Assembly (NCBI GenBank): GCA_002104905.1
Contig: MCFE01000310.1
Location: 33,725 to 97,724 of the forward strand
Direction: 5' to 3'
From: Basidiobolus meristosporus CBS 931.73
Taxonomy: Eukaryota > Fungi > Basidiobolomycota
DNA length: 64,000 nt
The notes beneath the pieces were generated by a model. The model was not told where the DNA came from. It was given only the letters and a program-made list of their open reading frames with translations, and did no database searches. Shown one piece after another: positions 24,728 through 36,595 of the stretch. Every line of letters begins with the position of its first letter. Position 1 is the first letter of the stretch. The position numbers were made by a program, and so were the translations under genes.

Positions 24728-26953
24728 TTGCTGTACAACTTGCTTTCGTTTGTCATGAGGTGGCCGCACTATTACTACCTTGTGCTTGCTGCGACAGCAT
24801 CTGCTCTTCGGCCATTCACTATTGAGGATTTAGTCAGTCTTGATAGACCCTCTGCCGCAATCCCCTCTCCAAATGGGCACTGGGCTGTTTTGAGTAAGGC
24901 ACAGTATTCCATTGAAGAAAGCAAATTCTATAAAAATCTTGTGCTCATAAGCCTAATTACCGGGAAGGTACTTCCACTTACTACACCAAATACCTATGGA
25001 GATAGAGAACCCATTTGGCTTGACTCTACTACTGTTGGCTTTATTTCAGACCGAAGCAACTCCTCCCAGCTATGGTCAATCTCCATCGACTTGCGCTCTG
25101 AACCCGTGCAGGTCACAGAGTTCCCGGTTGGCATAGCTAATATCAAATACAACACTGAAATGTCACTGTTGACCTTCACTTCTTCGGTGTATGAAGATGG
25201 GTCCTTGGAGGAGGCAGCCCGTCTAGATAACGAGAAATCGAATCGGTTTGACTCGGCCCTGGTATATGACGAGTTGTTTGTTCGTCACTGGGATCATTTT
25301 GTTCAGAGCAAGAAAACGCAGATATTTTCAGCACGTTTGGAGAGAAGGCGAAACGCGTTCAACCTATCTTCCCGACCTGTCAATATCATGCAAGAAACCC
25401 CTTTACAATCCCCAGTTGATCCCTTTGGCGGACCGCAAGACTACGACGTTTCCCCTGACGGTAAGGAAGTTGCCTTCCTAGCAAAGAAGCCAGGCAGAGA
25501 TCAAGCTTGGGAAACAGACACCAAAATTTATATTGCGCCTATCTCAGGCGACAAAAAGCCAATTACAATCACCGAATCAAACCGGGGAGCCTGTTCTTCG
25601 CCCGTTTATTCGCCTAGCGGGAGATACCTGGCTTGGTTACAGATGGAAACCCCAAAATACGAGTCTGATCGGCGCAGAGTCGTCTTGTACGACAGGTCTA
25701 GCGGAGAGCGTAGATATTTAGTTGAGGACTGGGACAGAAGCCCTTCAGCACTCAGTTGGTCCAAAGACTCGAAAGTCTTGTATGCTATTTCTGAAGATGA
25801 AGGCAAGGCAAAGTTGTTTTCTATCAACGTCCGACGCAATGGTCTTTCACAGCTGTCGCAGGATCATTACGCTTGGGGGTTGAAACCCTTCCGTGGGTAT
25901 TACGGGCATATGCTTGTGATGCAGAACTCCTTCACGTATCCATCTGAAGTGTACACTATCTCGCCCAGAAGCGGAAGACTGGAGCAGCACACGGACTTCC
26001 ACAAGAGCAAGCTCAAGGATGTATTCATGTCCAAGCCAGAGGAGTTTTGGTTCGAAGGCAGTTATGGAGACAAGGTGCACGGGTTCATTTTTAAGCCCAT
26101 CAATTTTGACCCATCTCAGAAGTACCCTCTGGCATTTTTGATCCATGGTGGGCCCCAGGGCGCGTGGACTGACGGCTTTAACTTCCTGTGGAATCCACAG
26201 ATTTATGCATCGGCAGGATATGTTGTTGTTGCTATTAATCCCCGAGGCTCTACAGGCTATGGACAGAAGTTCACCGATCAAATCAATAGAAACTGGGGTG
26301 GTGCGCCTTATCGCGATCTAATGATGGGGCTTGACTTTGTTCTTGATGAGTATGATTTCATTGATGGCTCCCGCATGTGTGCCCTGGGCGCTAGCTATGG
26401 CGGCTACATGATCAACTGGCTGAACGGACACACCAAACGATTCAATTGCCTGGTCAATCACGATGGTGTTTTTGATACCATTGACCTCTACTACTCGACC
26501 GAAGAGCTGTATTTCCCCGAATTCGATTTCGGCGGCACCCCATGGGATCCGGTGGCGAAGCAGGTGTATAAGCATTGGTCCCCTGCCAAGTTCGTCTCTC
26601 GATGGACCACCCCCACATTGGTGATACATGGCGGCAAGGATTACAGAATCGTAGACGGAGCTGGCCTGTCCACCTTCACAGCTCTGCAACGCCAGGGTGT
26701 CCCATCACGTCTGGTGTATTTCCCTGATGAGAATCACTGGACCCTCAAGCCTGGAAACTCCATCCGTTGGCACCACGAGGTGTTGGGTTGGCTAAACAAA
26801 TACACCTCAGTGAAGGACCAAGCGATATTCCAATCTCAAGAAGAAGCTTTCCAGAGCTGGAATGTGTTCCAGGAGGACCAAGTGACCACGGAAGCGCCAT
26901 ACAACTCCACTCTCGGGTGGGATGATGAGTCGATGTCGCCCTGGATGATGTAA
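24728..26953 (+). CDS. DPP5: Secreted S9-family serine peptidase (dipeptidyl-peptidase V-like), intronless
   Basis: Signal-like N-terminus, PD40-like propeller repeats, IHGGPQG, GASYGG nucleophile, KDYRI (Asp) and DENHW (His). Confidence 0.92.
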   Translation: MLYNLLSFVMRWPHYYYLVLAATASALRPFTIEDLVSLDRPSAAIPSPNGHWAVLSKAQYSIEESKFYKNLVLISLITGKVLPLTTPNTYGDREPIWLDSTTVGFISDRSNSSQLWSISIDLRSEPVQVTEFPVGIANIKYNTEMSLLTFTSSVYEDGSLEEAARLDNEKSNRFDSALVYDELFVRHWDHFVQSKKTQIFSARLERRRNAFNLSSRPVNIMQETPLQSPVDPFGGPQDYDVSPDGKEVAFLAKKPGRDQAWETDTKIYIAPISGDKKPITITESNRGACSSPVYSPSGRYLAWLQMETPKYESDRRRVVLYDRSSGERRYLVEDWDRSPSALSWSKDSKVLYAISEDEGKAKLFSINVRRNGLSQLSQDHYAWGLKPFRGYYGHMLVMQNSFTYPSEVYTISPRSGRLEQHTDFHKSKLKDVFMSKPEEFWFEGSYGDKVHGFIFKPINFDPSQKYPLAFLIHGGPQGAWTDGFNFLWNPQIYASAGYVVVAINPRGSTGYGQKFTDQINRNWGGAPYRDLMMGLDFVLDEYDFIDGSRMCALGASYGGYMINWLNGHTKRFNCLVNHDGVFDTIDLYYSTEELYFPEFDFGGTPWDPVAKQVYKHWSPAKFVSRWTTPTLVIHGGKDYRIVDGAGLSTFTALQRQGVPSRLVYFPDENHWTLKPGNSIRWHHEVLGWLNKYTSVKDQAIFQSQEEAFQSWNVFQEDQVTTEAPYNSTLGWDDESMSPWMM

Positions 26954-27387
26954 TGAGAATCACACACGTACAGGCGAATCACCTAGCAAGTCCGCCTAAC
27001 AAAGCACTCAAAATAAAGCATTATTCAATTCATTTGTCAGCAAACAAATCTCAGGATGATATGACTGCTAATCAGATTCGGATATATATCTTAGATTGAA
27101 ATTAAATCAAATCTATTGCTTGTACCAGTGATTCCCAATCAGCTTCGATTCATTGGTAAAGATAATATGATTCAATGTAAGAAGTGCAGTGTCCCGCTGT
27201 AGTTAAATTGCTTGATATTTCCTTTCCATCCCCATAATCCTTCCACAATCCTACCTTAATCCTGCGTGCTTCTATTTTAGTGAAATATATGTCATCGCAC
27301 TGAATCATTATTTCGCTTCTTTCCCTACCACCTGTTGTTTTACAGAATAGATTTTCCCTAGTTTTGTTTGTACTGAGCTAGCTCAAC

Positions 27388-30147
27388 ATGGTGCGCTCAG
27401 TGATCCATATGATTTTCACCAAACACGCCAAACTTATAGAAAACTGTTATCCCAGACAAACGTCCCAAAAAGGCCCCAAGCCAAGTGAAACTTCTTATCT
27501 CATATATTACGCAAGTTCCAGGCCCGTGAAGCTGCTGAAGGTCGCGCGTTACCTGGAAAGGCGAGTTGCCCAAGATGCAAGCAGAAAAAAGTTTACTGAT
27601 ATCGAGGTCTCCCTGGCCATATGGAATGAATTGCTTCAAGGTTGTGCCCGAGATGTCAATTTATTTGCCAAAGGCGTGTTGAGTTCCCTCGAAATTGTCC
27701 TTAAAATTGGGGCTTACGAGTCTACGCTTGCTGCTGTGCAGACTGTATGTTCTCCTTCAAAGTACGTTTCAAGTGGAGAGATTCTTATGTTCGTTGTCCC
27801 ATTTTTAGTTCTCCCTGTTTTGCTCGAACTACGATGGCACCTCTCTCGGCATTGATAGTGAACTAGCCTCGCTCTTGGATACTTTGTTGACCGAGTTTAG
27901 TAGCTGGTCCCAGTTATCAGACACTTCTTCGGAAATCAACCAAAGGTATCATCTTATTGGTGTGGATTTCTCCTTTCGCAGCGTGTCTGACCCCTCTCAT
28001 TTTTACCAAGAATGCGTACCCTCGGCATAAAGGCGCTCTCTAGTTTTGTTACCTCACTGTCTGGTAAATCGACATACGCAAAAAGATACCTCGGCTTTAT
28101 TTTACCTGCGCTTCTATGTAACATCGACATTGCTCAGCTTCACCCTACGTAAGGCACTTTCATATCCATCGCACTTCATCCAACTCTAAAATCTCAGCGA
28201 TTTTCTAGGGAAAATGCCAAAACGATCAACCTTAAATCGCTGAACACAATGGATGAAGACCTAAATGAGCTTGCATCGATTTGTTTGGCAAACTTATTAA
28301 ACAACACCAATGCTGCCAACATTAGTGTGATCAGCAAGCGCCTATTCAGGTGGGTTGTGGGTCGAAACCTCCTGTTGGGAAGTGTGCTCACCTTACTCCA
28401 ACAGATATCTAGACGAAACTCGTGCTTGGGATCGCCACGAGAGCGTAATCGATATCATCCGCTACATCTTGGATACAATGGAGGTAGTTCTAGTGCATTG
28501 ATCTTGGCTCAATCCGGAATACTAACTGAATTCGTCAACATGCCAGCCAAGATACCGGTTTATGATCATTAACGAGATCATCAAAAGAATCGACGCAGAA
28601 TCGCTAACCCCCAAGAAGCATACGCTCACAGGATTGCTCGTATCACTTCTGTTGAACCACACACTAACACCTGGAATCTCAATCCTGGAACTCCTCGGTG
28701 CCCTGGTAAACTACTTCAGTGAATGCTTGAAATCTGGTGATATGGCCGAGGAGCTTGTAACCATAGAGAACAACCTAATCAACGCGATCGGCGCTTTGGC
28801 AAAAAACATCTACTACGTAGATCAAATCACTGATATCCTCTCATATATCCTCGGGAAGATGAAAATCAGCGAGAAGCGTTCCGAGATTGACGGAGTCCCT
28901 GCCTCCTTGTTCAGAGTGAAGATGCTGCAATGTTTAACCGCTGTACTGGATAACAACAAGGTAGCATCCGCATCCAACTCGATTGTTCCTCGAGTCACTT
29001 TTCGGGTGATATCTCTTGCCCTCCCGCTATTGAAGAGCGAATCCTTGGGTAAGCTGTTGATGTTCCGGACCACAGACACGAGATGATGCTAATCCGCTTC
29101 TTAGAAATCAGAAAGGCCTGTGGTGGTTTCTTGTTGGCGTGTGTTGAGAGTGAAAATATCGGCACCAGCCACATTCCTAATCGTAAATTGACCATCAACA
29201 GCCGTCTTGTACGTCGTAACTCCAACCCCGATCTGAAATTCCGGAATTCCATCCACAAAATACTCGTTGACTGTGTGACAAAGAAATCGGCTGCTCCGGT
29301 GGACTTTGCCATAGCATACGCCATCTTCAGCAAGATGCTGCACCGCTACGTGTTTGATGAGCTGATCCTAACCGTCCCTGTGATGTTTAAGCTTCAAAAA
29401 TTCAACGAGGCCAATGTGGACGGGGATTTCGCATCCAGGGTATTGCTGGACCAGCTGGTGGGCCTCTATATTCGTCGTCTTGGAAGCCAGCTAGACATTG
29501 CCGAGGTCGTAGACCAGGCGGAGCAAGTCGTCGAGAAACGAAAACTAGCGGACCAATGGTTCTCTCTGTTCGGTGACGACGAGGACGAGAACCTTTCCAA
29601 CCTCAGTGATCTATCAATGAACGATCTAAACGCCAAAAGCCTCGGCCCTGCGGACTATCAGTCTATCCCACTATCCTTCCATGATATCCTGAGAGTCCTT
29701 AACCATCGAGTGGAATTGAAAAGACGCTTCACAGAGTTGGAGAAGCAGCTGACCACGGACAACTCCATCTTCATCACGGAGGATTCTAAAAAGCTCATCA
29801 GTCGGACCATCTCCTCAACCTCTAGAGTGATGCATGGCCTAATCCCCAAATTTACATTCCCGACCTTGCATAAGGCAGAGTACAAATCCAATGGAATCCG
29901 CAAACCAGTGAAGTTTGAGACGCTCAAGGAGGCCCTTAAGCTCTCCTGGGATTCCATCAACGAGCACGACGCGGATTCATCGGTTAGACGCACCCCCTCC
30001 CAAACCACCAATTCAAAGAGATCGCAGAGGAGCACCCGCTCCGACATGTCCACTCTGTTGAAAACCATCACAACCAGCTCTTCCTCGGCATCGTCTTCCC
30101 TGGTGAACACTCCACGATTATCCTCAACCTCATACACGCAGGTTTAG
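27388..30147 (+). CDS. EFR3: Efr3, PI4-kinase plasma-membrane adaptor, multi-exon
   Basis: KHAKLIENCYP...PKPSETSYLIYYASSRPVKLLKVARYLERR, then helical repeats and a Ser-rich tail. Confidence 0.88.
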
Positions 30148-30401
30148 TTCCCTTGGTTGATCCAGGGCTACAAAGCCGCCGCGTATACCTAACTGTAGAG
30201 AAAATTCCCCGTCCGCTGAGCCTTCTCGTTGTAATCTAACCCCCTCCTTAATAAAGCAATGCTTGTATTCATCTTCGACTCCCAAACAATTGGTATTTAT
30301 TTTCGAACGTTTGTAATTAAGGCAAAGATGAGGAGAGCTCTGAATGTATAAAAAGGTCTAACTTATAAAATGCGATTTCTCGTCTTGATTCCTCGCTGAA
30401 T

Positions 30402-31077
30402 TTACAATAAATCATAATCATCCAACTTGTCGTTGTATTTGAGAATCTTGCGTTTGATCTTGGATGTATCAACCCATGTGATGAAGTCCTCCAGATTGCG
30501 GGACACCAGGTATGCAGGGTCGGTGACGGTCTCGGGACCAACGCGAATATGGCCTTGCTCGACAAAGGTGACCGCCTCCTTGACAGTTTCTGCCATCTTC
30601 AATCGACACATCATGATTGGAAGTCTACGTCTAAAGGGATAGCGAAAGGGGACGTAAGCAAACGCCCCGTGAATGTCTGCGGCTGAAGTACGTACCTGCA
30701 GAAAGAAGATACAGTGATCTTGTCGCATTGTGAGAAGGTCTTTTGTGTGGTTATCAGCCCCATATTGTACAATTTTTCCAACAAGGCCTCCTCTTTTTGG
30801 CTACGGAAGGGGTCTCTTGGATCCAACAGAGAGATACGGTTGGCGAGTTTTTTGATTTGACCACACAACTTATTATATCTGAATAGAGCACTGGTTAGCT
30901 ATCGAGGGTATGGAACCTTGGTCAGGCGGCCGTAACCTACTTCACGTAATCCTCACGTTTCTGCAGATGATAGCGGCGCATGACGTGAATCTCGTTTCCG
31001 TTGTCCACCGACTTCCATTGCATGAAGTCGACTTTACGCAACAGCTTTTTCTCATGATGTTTCAAGTGACGGACCAT
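30402..31077 (-). CDS. IMP3: U3 snoRNP protein Imp3
   Basis: [22 protein letters not shown]...[13 protein letters not shown]|[48 protein letters not shown]. Confidence 0.96.
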
Positions 31078-31448
31078 GTTGAAGGGAGCTAGCTATACAA
31101 GAGAAACAAAGTAAAAAGTCCTTGGTCGCTTGGAAATAGGTTGACCCAACGATACGCCCATTTCTTTTTCAGTTATTTTACACACTGTCGAGCAGGGAAC
31201 TTTTTTTTTTTCTGCAAGACGGCTATTTGGCCCATCTGCTACGGAACGGATCAGGCCCCATCTCACTTGAGGGTAAATATCGACTTTCGATTTCTCGTTA
31301 ATTTACACCGGACATCAATCCACTCGTATGACCCAGGCGAGAGTGGTACCTAAAATTCTCTCATCAGCATTGTCAAGACACCGGTGAGGTCAAGCTTCGT
31401 TAGAGTCGGTTCAAGTGGCTACACGCTTTATTCGGAGGGAAAAACGAT

Positions 31449-32220
31449 ATGGATACGGTCAAGATTTTCTCCCTATTGGTCAGGACCATAGCCAAACCAG
31501 GTTAGTGTAGCTTTGGCTGGCTTCTTCCTGTCCCGACGGCAAATACTCAATTGTTTCTTCGTGCTGGGTAGTGGCCAACACTATAAAAAACAGGACCAAG
31601 TCCAACCCAAACTTTCGAGCCATGTGTATCTCTGTTGCTCAGGTATTACCCCTACCAAGGATAGTAGTTTGTCGAGTATACCGAGTTTGCTAAGCGCATT
31701 GGAATAGTGGACACACAAGGCCGAGATGAACCTGAAAATGAAGTTCCTTGGCTATAACAAGGAAAAAATCAGGCCACTTAACGATGCCAAGTAGGGCGCT
31801 TTACATGCAACGGGTACATCTGTGAAAAGACTCACCACCTCCAATAGGGCCATCGAAGCCGGAGCCAACTTTCTTGGTGAATCGATTATCTTCACCATTG
31901 CCGGGTCACTGATAGTTTTCGAGACCTTAAGGTAGTTCCTCAATCCATTGGCCATCTCTTATGACGAACGACTCATCCAGTCTGGCTTTTCCCTCAGAAC
32001 TCGACGAAACAAAGCGAACGAGCGAAATGAGATGAGCGACAACATCACCATGTTACTGTCGGACCGCACGAGAATGGAGAATCTGCTTGTGCAGCAGCAG
32101 GAGACGATGAACGAGCTACGCGAAGAGATGTCTGAATTAAAGAGCCATCACGAGGCGGTCACCAAAATGCTGGACGAGATATTAACAGTATCCATGAGAG
32201 ATTTTATGAAACGGCATTAG
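31449..32220 (+). CDS. OPA3: OPA3-like mitochondrial protein, 5 exons
   Basis: KIFSLLVRTIAKP|VANTIK..., IRPLNDAK|AIEAGANFLGESIIFTIAG, with a coiled-coil C-terminus. Confidence 0.92.
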
Positions 32221-32429
32221 TGGAGGTATCCACCCTCCCCTCCCTTTGACTTCGAGTATCTTTATTAGTACAGCATTTCCATCACCTCTCCAATGCCCCC
32301 CTCCCCCACACTGTTTACAAGCACACGCATATAAACCGCAAATGTAGATGCGAAACAAACGACATTCCATCCCAAACGGTGGCGTCCCTCATATATCCAA
32401 AACAATCATTACTATAAACTAATCTGCGC

Positions 32430-33113
32430 TCAATGGTTTGTCGAGCGATTCCAGTGACAATACTGAACCCCCAGCTGGAAGAACTCCGCTGGATCCAAAA
32501 GTCTGTACATGTACAGCCTGGGGACATCGCTCGGTGACTGGACGGATTCGAAAAGTCCCCTCAAGCAATCGTTGCACAACACCCTCGTATATTCTTGGGA
32601 TTTTGATCGTGCCCGGAACCGTAAATTCTCCACTTCAACAGAGGCGGTGATCAGTCTAGCTAAACACCTGGTTCCACTAGCATCCAGCTTGCATGCTGCT
32701 CTGGCTGCAGCCCCATTGCCCCAACTACCCAGCACGCTTTCGTCGTCTGAGTCGAGCTCGTTGGAGCATGCGTAGCCTATCATCTGGGAAGCAGATATGG
32801 TAGCCGGAAGGCACCTTGCAGAGCATACTGTGTCCACGGAGGCAAAGGCCAGGGGCAGCCGATAGCAGCCCCCAAGAGCCTTGTGTCTCAGCAGTGCTCG
32901 AGCGACTCCTTCTCGGCATTCTCTCGATGGGGAAAGAATGTCGCTCGCGAAATTCTCTTTGACCAAAAAATCGCCACCCATGCCAGCGTCCTGTGTACCG
33001 CTCAGACGATCAAAAGTGTTCTCGAGGTTCCCGATTGGAAGTGGCTCTGGTAAACATTTAACCAGGTGGATGTTGAGATAGAGCAAAAAGAGCACGAATA
33101 CAAATCCCCCCAT
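32430..33113 (-). CDS. Secreted cysteine-rich protein of unknown function (likely start 33113; ORF open to 33257)
   Basis: MGGFVFVLFLLYLNIHLVKC signal-like segment, then 10 spaced Cys (C..C..CSARC..C..C..C..CNDC..C). Intronless. Confidence 0.65.
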   Translation of the reverse strand: MGGFVFVLFLLYLNIHLVKCLPEPLPIGNLENTFDRLSGTQDAGMGGDFLVKENFASDILSPSRECREGVARALLRHKALGGCYRLPLAFASVDTVCSARCLPATISASQMIGYACSNELDSDDESVLGSWGNGAAARAACKLDASGTRCLARLITASVEVENLRFRARSKSQEYTRVLCNDCLRGLFESVQSPSDVPRLYMYRLLDPAEFFQLGVQYCHWNRSTNH

Positions 33114-34107
33114 GCCGATGAAAGGAATCGCGATACAACCACGACCAAGAAAGTTTTCGCGGTCGTGGCGAGCAACGGTGCGCTTATATATGCGCTCGTT
33201 CCAAGTGGTTTTCCAAAGGGGCGGGGACGATCGACGCTTCGTGCGTAGCGATATCACAATTCATAAAAGAGACCCTCCTTCGCGTATCAATCAAGGGAGG
33301 TGCTCGAGATACTTGATAATGCATTGAATTATGCGGCAATTCAAGGCGATCATTTTCAGACAATGCTAGGGAGCATCTGGCAAAACTATCATACGGAATT
33401 TCATGCAGCTCATCCGGACGCCTTCCAGCAGGAATAGGGGAAGCGAAGCAGGAGTATGTTCAGGAATATGACAGGTGACAGAGTGCAAAATATGGCCACT
33501 ATCCCACCACCGAACTGCTTACCACATCTCACTTCACCCGCTACCCACCACACACCACACACCATACCCCACGCCTTGCTTCTAGAATGTTTTTTGTTTT
33601 CATTGTATTCCTGATCTTTTTGGTATGATTCATGTGCAATCACGGTCGGATGCATGGACGGACACACAGACTCTAGAACCGGAATAGAAACAAAAGCCTG
33701 GAATAGTGGATTGACTTATCTAGGTGAATCCATAGCCACCTGGCCCCACAGCCAATCACCAAGACCCCGGTGAGATCTCAAATCTCGATCCATTGGAGTA
33801 GCAGAGTCTAATATATTTAGATTCTCTCGATATTCGCCACCGTTTTAGATGGGTATTTGCTATCAGATCTGGCCATCTTCTATAAAGATCCACGATTACT
33901 AGATGGAATCTCATGGCTACATAGGCCTTTATTAGGGAATACTGGTTTGCGTCCGATACATCTCGATGTTATTTAAGCCGGCGGCCGCCAAACTTTCGAG
34001 AGCTCTTAATCACTTCGCCCTTTCCTTCTCTCACCACCCAGCTGGAGCTCGAGTGTGTTTCTTGATCGTTTTGTTATATTACCAATAATACCTCCCATTT
34101 CAGCCAC

Positions 34108-35074
34108 ATGGTGAAATCCTCATTTATTTCCATTTCCAATTCCACCAACACTGAAATGATTTATTTATCTCGGAGTTTTGAGGATGTGTTGGGTTTCTCT
34201 AGGAGGAACTGGGTAGGAAGGGCTCCAATAGATTTGTTTCATCCAAAGGACCGTGAAGGTGTTTCCGTGGTCATCGAAACGTGCATCAAGCTTCAGAAAT
34301 TGGCCACCCTAATGTACACCCGAATCATCTCGGCCACTGGTATATCAGATACTGGAAGTTTGTGTGAATTATTGTTGTGATATTCTGGTCTGTACAAATC
34401 GGTTACTTCAAGAGAAAGACCTACCCGGCATATTTGGTATGTTGCAAAGCATTTCTTGTTTGTACTTGCGCTTTAGTCGTTTCTTTATTGAGCCATGTAT
34501 AAATTTGTATCAAACCAAGCAAGAACGTCCCTTGCTGATAACATCATAACCGTTACCGACAATCACAACATTAACGTGCTGGTAAGTGAGCATAACCCCT
34601 TTGTTCCCGGCCAACCACTAACCCGCCAGCCATGAATAGGGAAGTCCAGAAGTATTCCACACCCAAGTAAAGCTTGGCCAGGTTTTGTCGCAGACCGACG
34701 TCGGCCCAATTAGCTTGGAGCCGGAGGAGCGTATATGCTTGGTGCTTGACCACCAGAAATCCTTTCAAATCAAGTACTGCTCAAGTCTCGCTGTCCCCAT
34801 TTTTGGCTCCACTTCCAAAGAGCTGGAGAGGACGTCTTTATTGAATTATATTGACTATGACGATTTATACGACGTCCAGGAGGAGCTAAACGAGGTTGTC
34901 AAAGAGGAGGCGGTAAGCAACCGGATAGACTTCGCCTTCGTTTCCCTTTCCGGGCATAAAACGGAGCTTCAGGCCATCGTCAGCTACACAGATGATGGAC
35001 TCATCCTGATAGCAAAACGCAATCCAGAAGAGGTATTGCACACAACAGCGAAAAATGATATTATAATTTGTTGA
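34108..35074 (+). CDS. Tandem PAS-domain protein with no obvious output domain; apparent frameshift at ~34342
   Basis: PAS1: IYLSRSFEDVLGFSRRNWVGRAPIDLFHPKDR...NYCCDILVCT. PAS2: IKYCSSLAVPIFG...TSLLNYIDYDD...IVSYTDDGLILI. Confidence 0.75.
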
Positions 35075-36159
35075 AGTAAAAATACCATAAATATAGAAGC
35101 TTGTATTTATCCAAAACATTCATTGACCCAATTCACTGCTTAACCTTAAGGGAGGCTCTCCTCCAAGTTCGCTGGCCGGCCGTTATTTTCTGACGCCTTG
35201 CCAAAACCTTGTGGGTGGCTAGTTACAAGCGGCCGCATCGAAGAGGCAGAAATAGTCAGACATGTATTTTCCAGAAAATCTCTTTGTTGCTAGGGCACTC
35301 AGATGGTGACGTGAAAATCCTTCTGGAATTAATTGTTGGACTGGGTGGAAGCGGGACGTTCAATGCCAACATGCGGAAATGATCGGAATCTCGATAGAAA
35401 CCCTGATTATTTTCATATGTATATAATAATCATGCCCCAGTGGTATCTGATTTGAAATTAGCCAATCAAAGGATCCATCAGCCAGTAGGGACCTAGTTAT
35501 CAGTGCTGAAAGAGTTGGGTCATTGGGATTGGACCCTGATTTATACAGAATCAATGTGGTGTGAACGAATTCTGCGAATGCCCCATGAATGGCGTATTTT
35601 AGTGTTACTATATCACCTCGCTTTCACTGTGTGTGTGAATTAGGCTCAACGAATTTGAAACTGGATCCCTGGCTAATGTTAACTAGTCGACGGTGACGGT
35701 TATGGATGCAAGCCTCATGACTTAGGAGTTATGATTCATGCTACGGTTAATATATCCAGTGGGTTCTATGTATTATGCACATTATGCGGTTTAGCCATAA
35801 AATGGCTAATCAGTCTATATTGAACTAAAATAACCGATCAGCACAATGCTGTAAACCCACTATTGTGTGATCTGCTACAATGACGGTGCATCTTCAAATC
35901 GTGGTAGACCACACAAAGTGCCCTTGTTCACACCGTGCAATGGACTATATCAGGATGCAACGGTTGAAACTCCTGGCTCTTTGGAACTTTGAAAGGAATC
36001 GGATTGTTCTCTTTTGGTGGACTACCGAGGTCTTCTCAGAATATGATTTGAGGCAATCTGTATGCTAATCTATAATAAGCCATCGCCAAAGGTTAGGCTT
36101 GGCCGCAAACCAGTTGTTTGGTGATTTCCAAGTATATCTTTGCACAGCATCCAGGACCA

Positions 36160-36165
36160 TATAAA
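36160..36165 (+). promoter_or_regulatory. TATA box of the small secreted peptide gene
   Basis: TATAAA 42 nt upstream of ATG 36207. Confidence 0.5.
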
Positions 36166-36206
36166 GGCTGTCGCCCTCTCACAACAACAACAGGACCTCC
36201 TGAGTG

Positions 36207-36486
36207 ATGAAATCGGTACTCGTGTTGCTTCTATCTATCCTACATGGCATAACAGTGGCAGAAGCCCATTCTCGACCTAGACGAGGAATCAAGGATGTGT
36301 ACGGGAATACCCTGAGCTATGTTTTAATTACGTTGACACCAAGTAAGGAATTATTCAGTTTCCAGCATTTGAATTATTCTAATCTTGGTTTGGAATACAG
36401 CCCCCAGTAGTCATGTGAGTCCAAAGCCGACCAGTGTCCAAACCGCAATTTCCCAAATCCCCAATGCAACCTCGTCGCTCGAATAG
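36207..36486 (+). CDS. Small secreted peptide (~73 aa) with RPRR processing site, 1 intron (36343-36400)
   Basis: MKSVLVLLLSILHGITVAEAHSRPRRGIKDVYGNTLSYVLITLTP|TPSSHVSPKPTSVQTAISQIPNATSSLE*. GTAAGG donor and TACAG acceptor. Confidence 0.6.
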
Positions 36487-36595
36487 GGCTATCTAGTTAT
36501 TTACGACTTGACACATTGAAACGATGGTTCAAGAATCTAAAATCTCCTTAATAAACGTGGCGACAAATATGGCTAATCTCCTGTACTTGCTTCCC

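Noticed and set aside
24728-26953. Intronless DPP5 as a bacterial horizontal transfer
   Set aside because: Motifs fit fungal DPP5 equally well, and other native genes here (Cactin, CPA1 body, cyclin) also lack introns.
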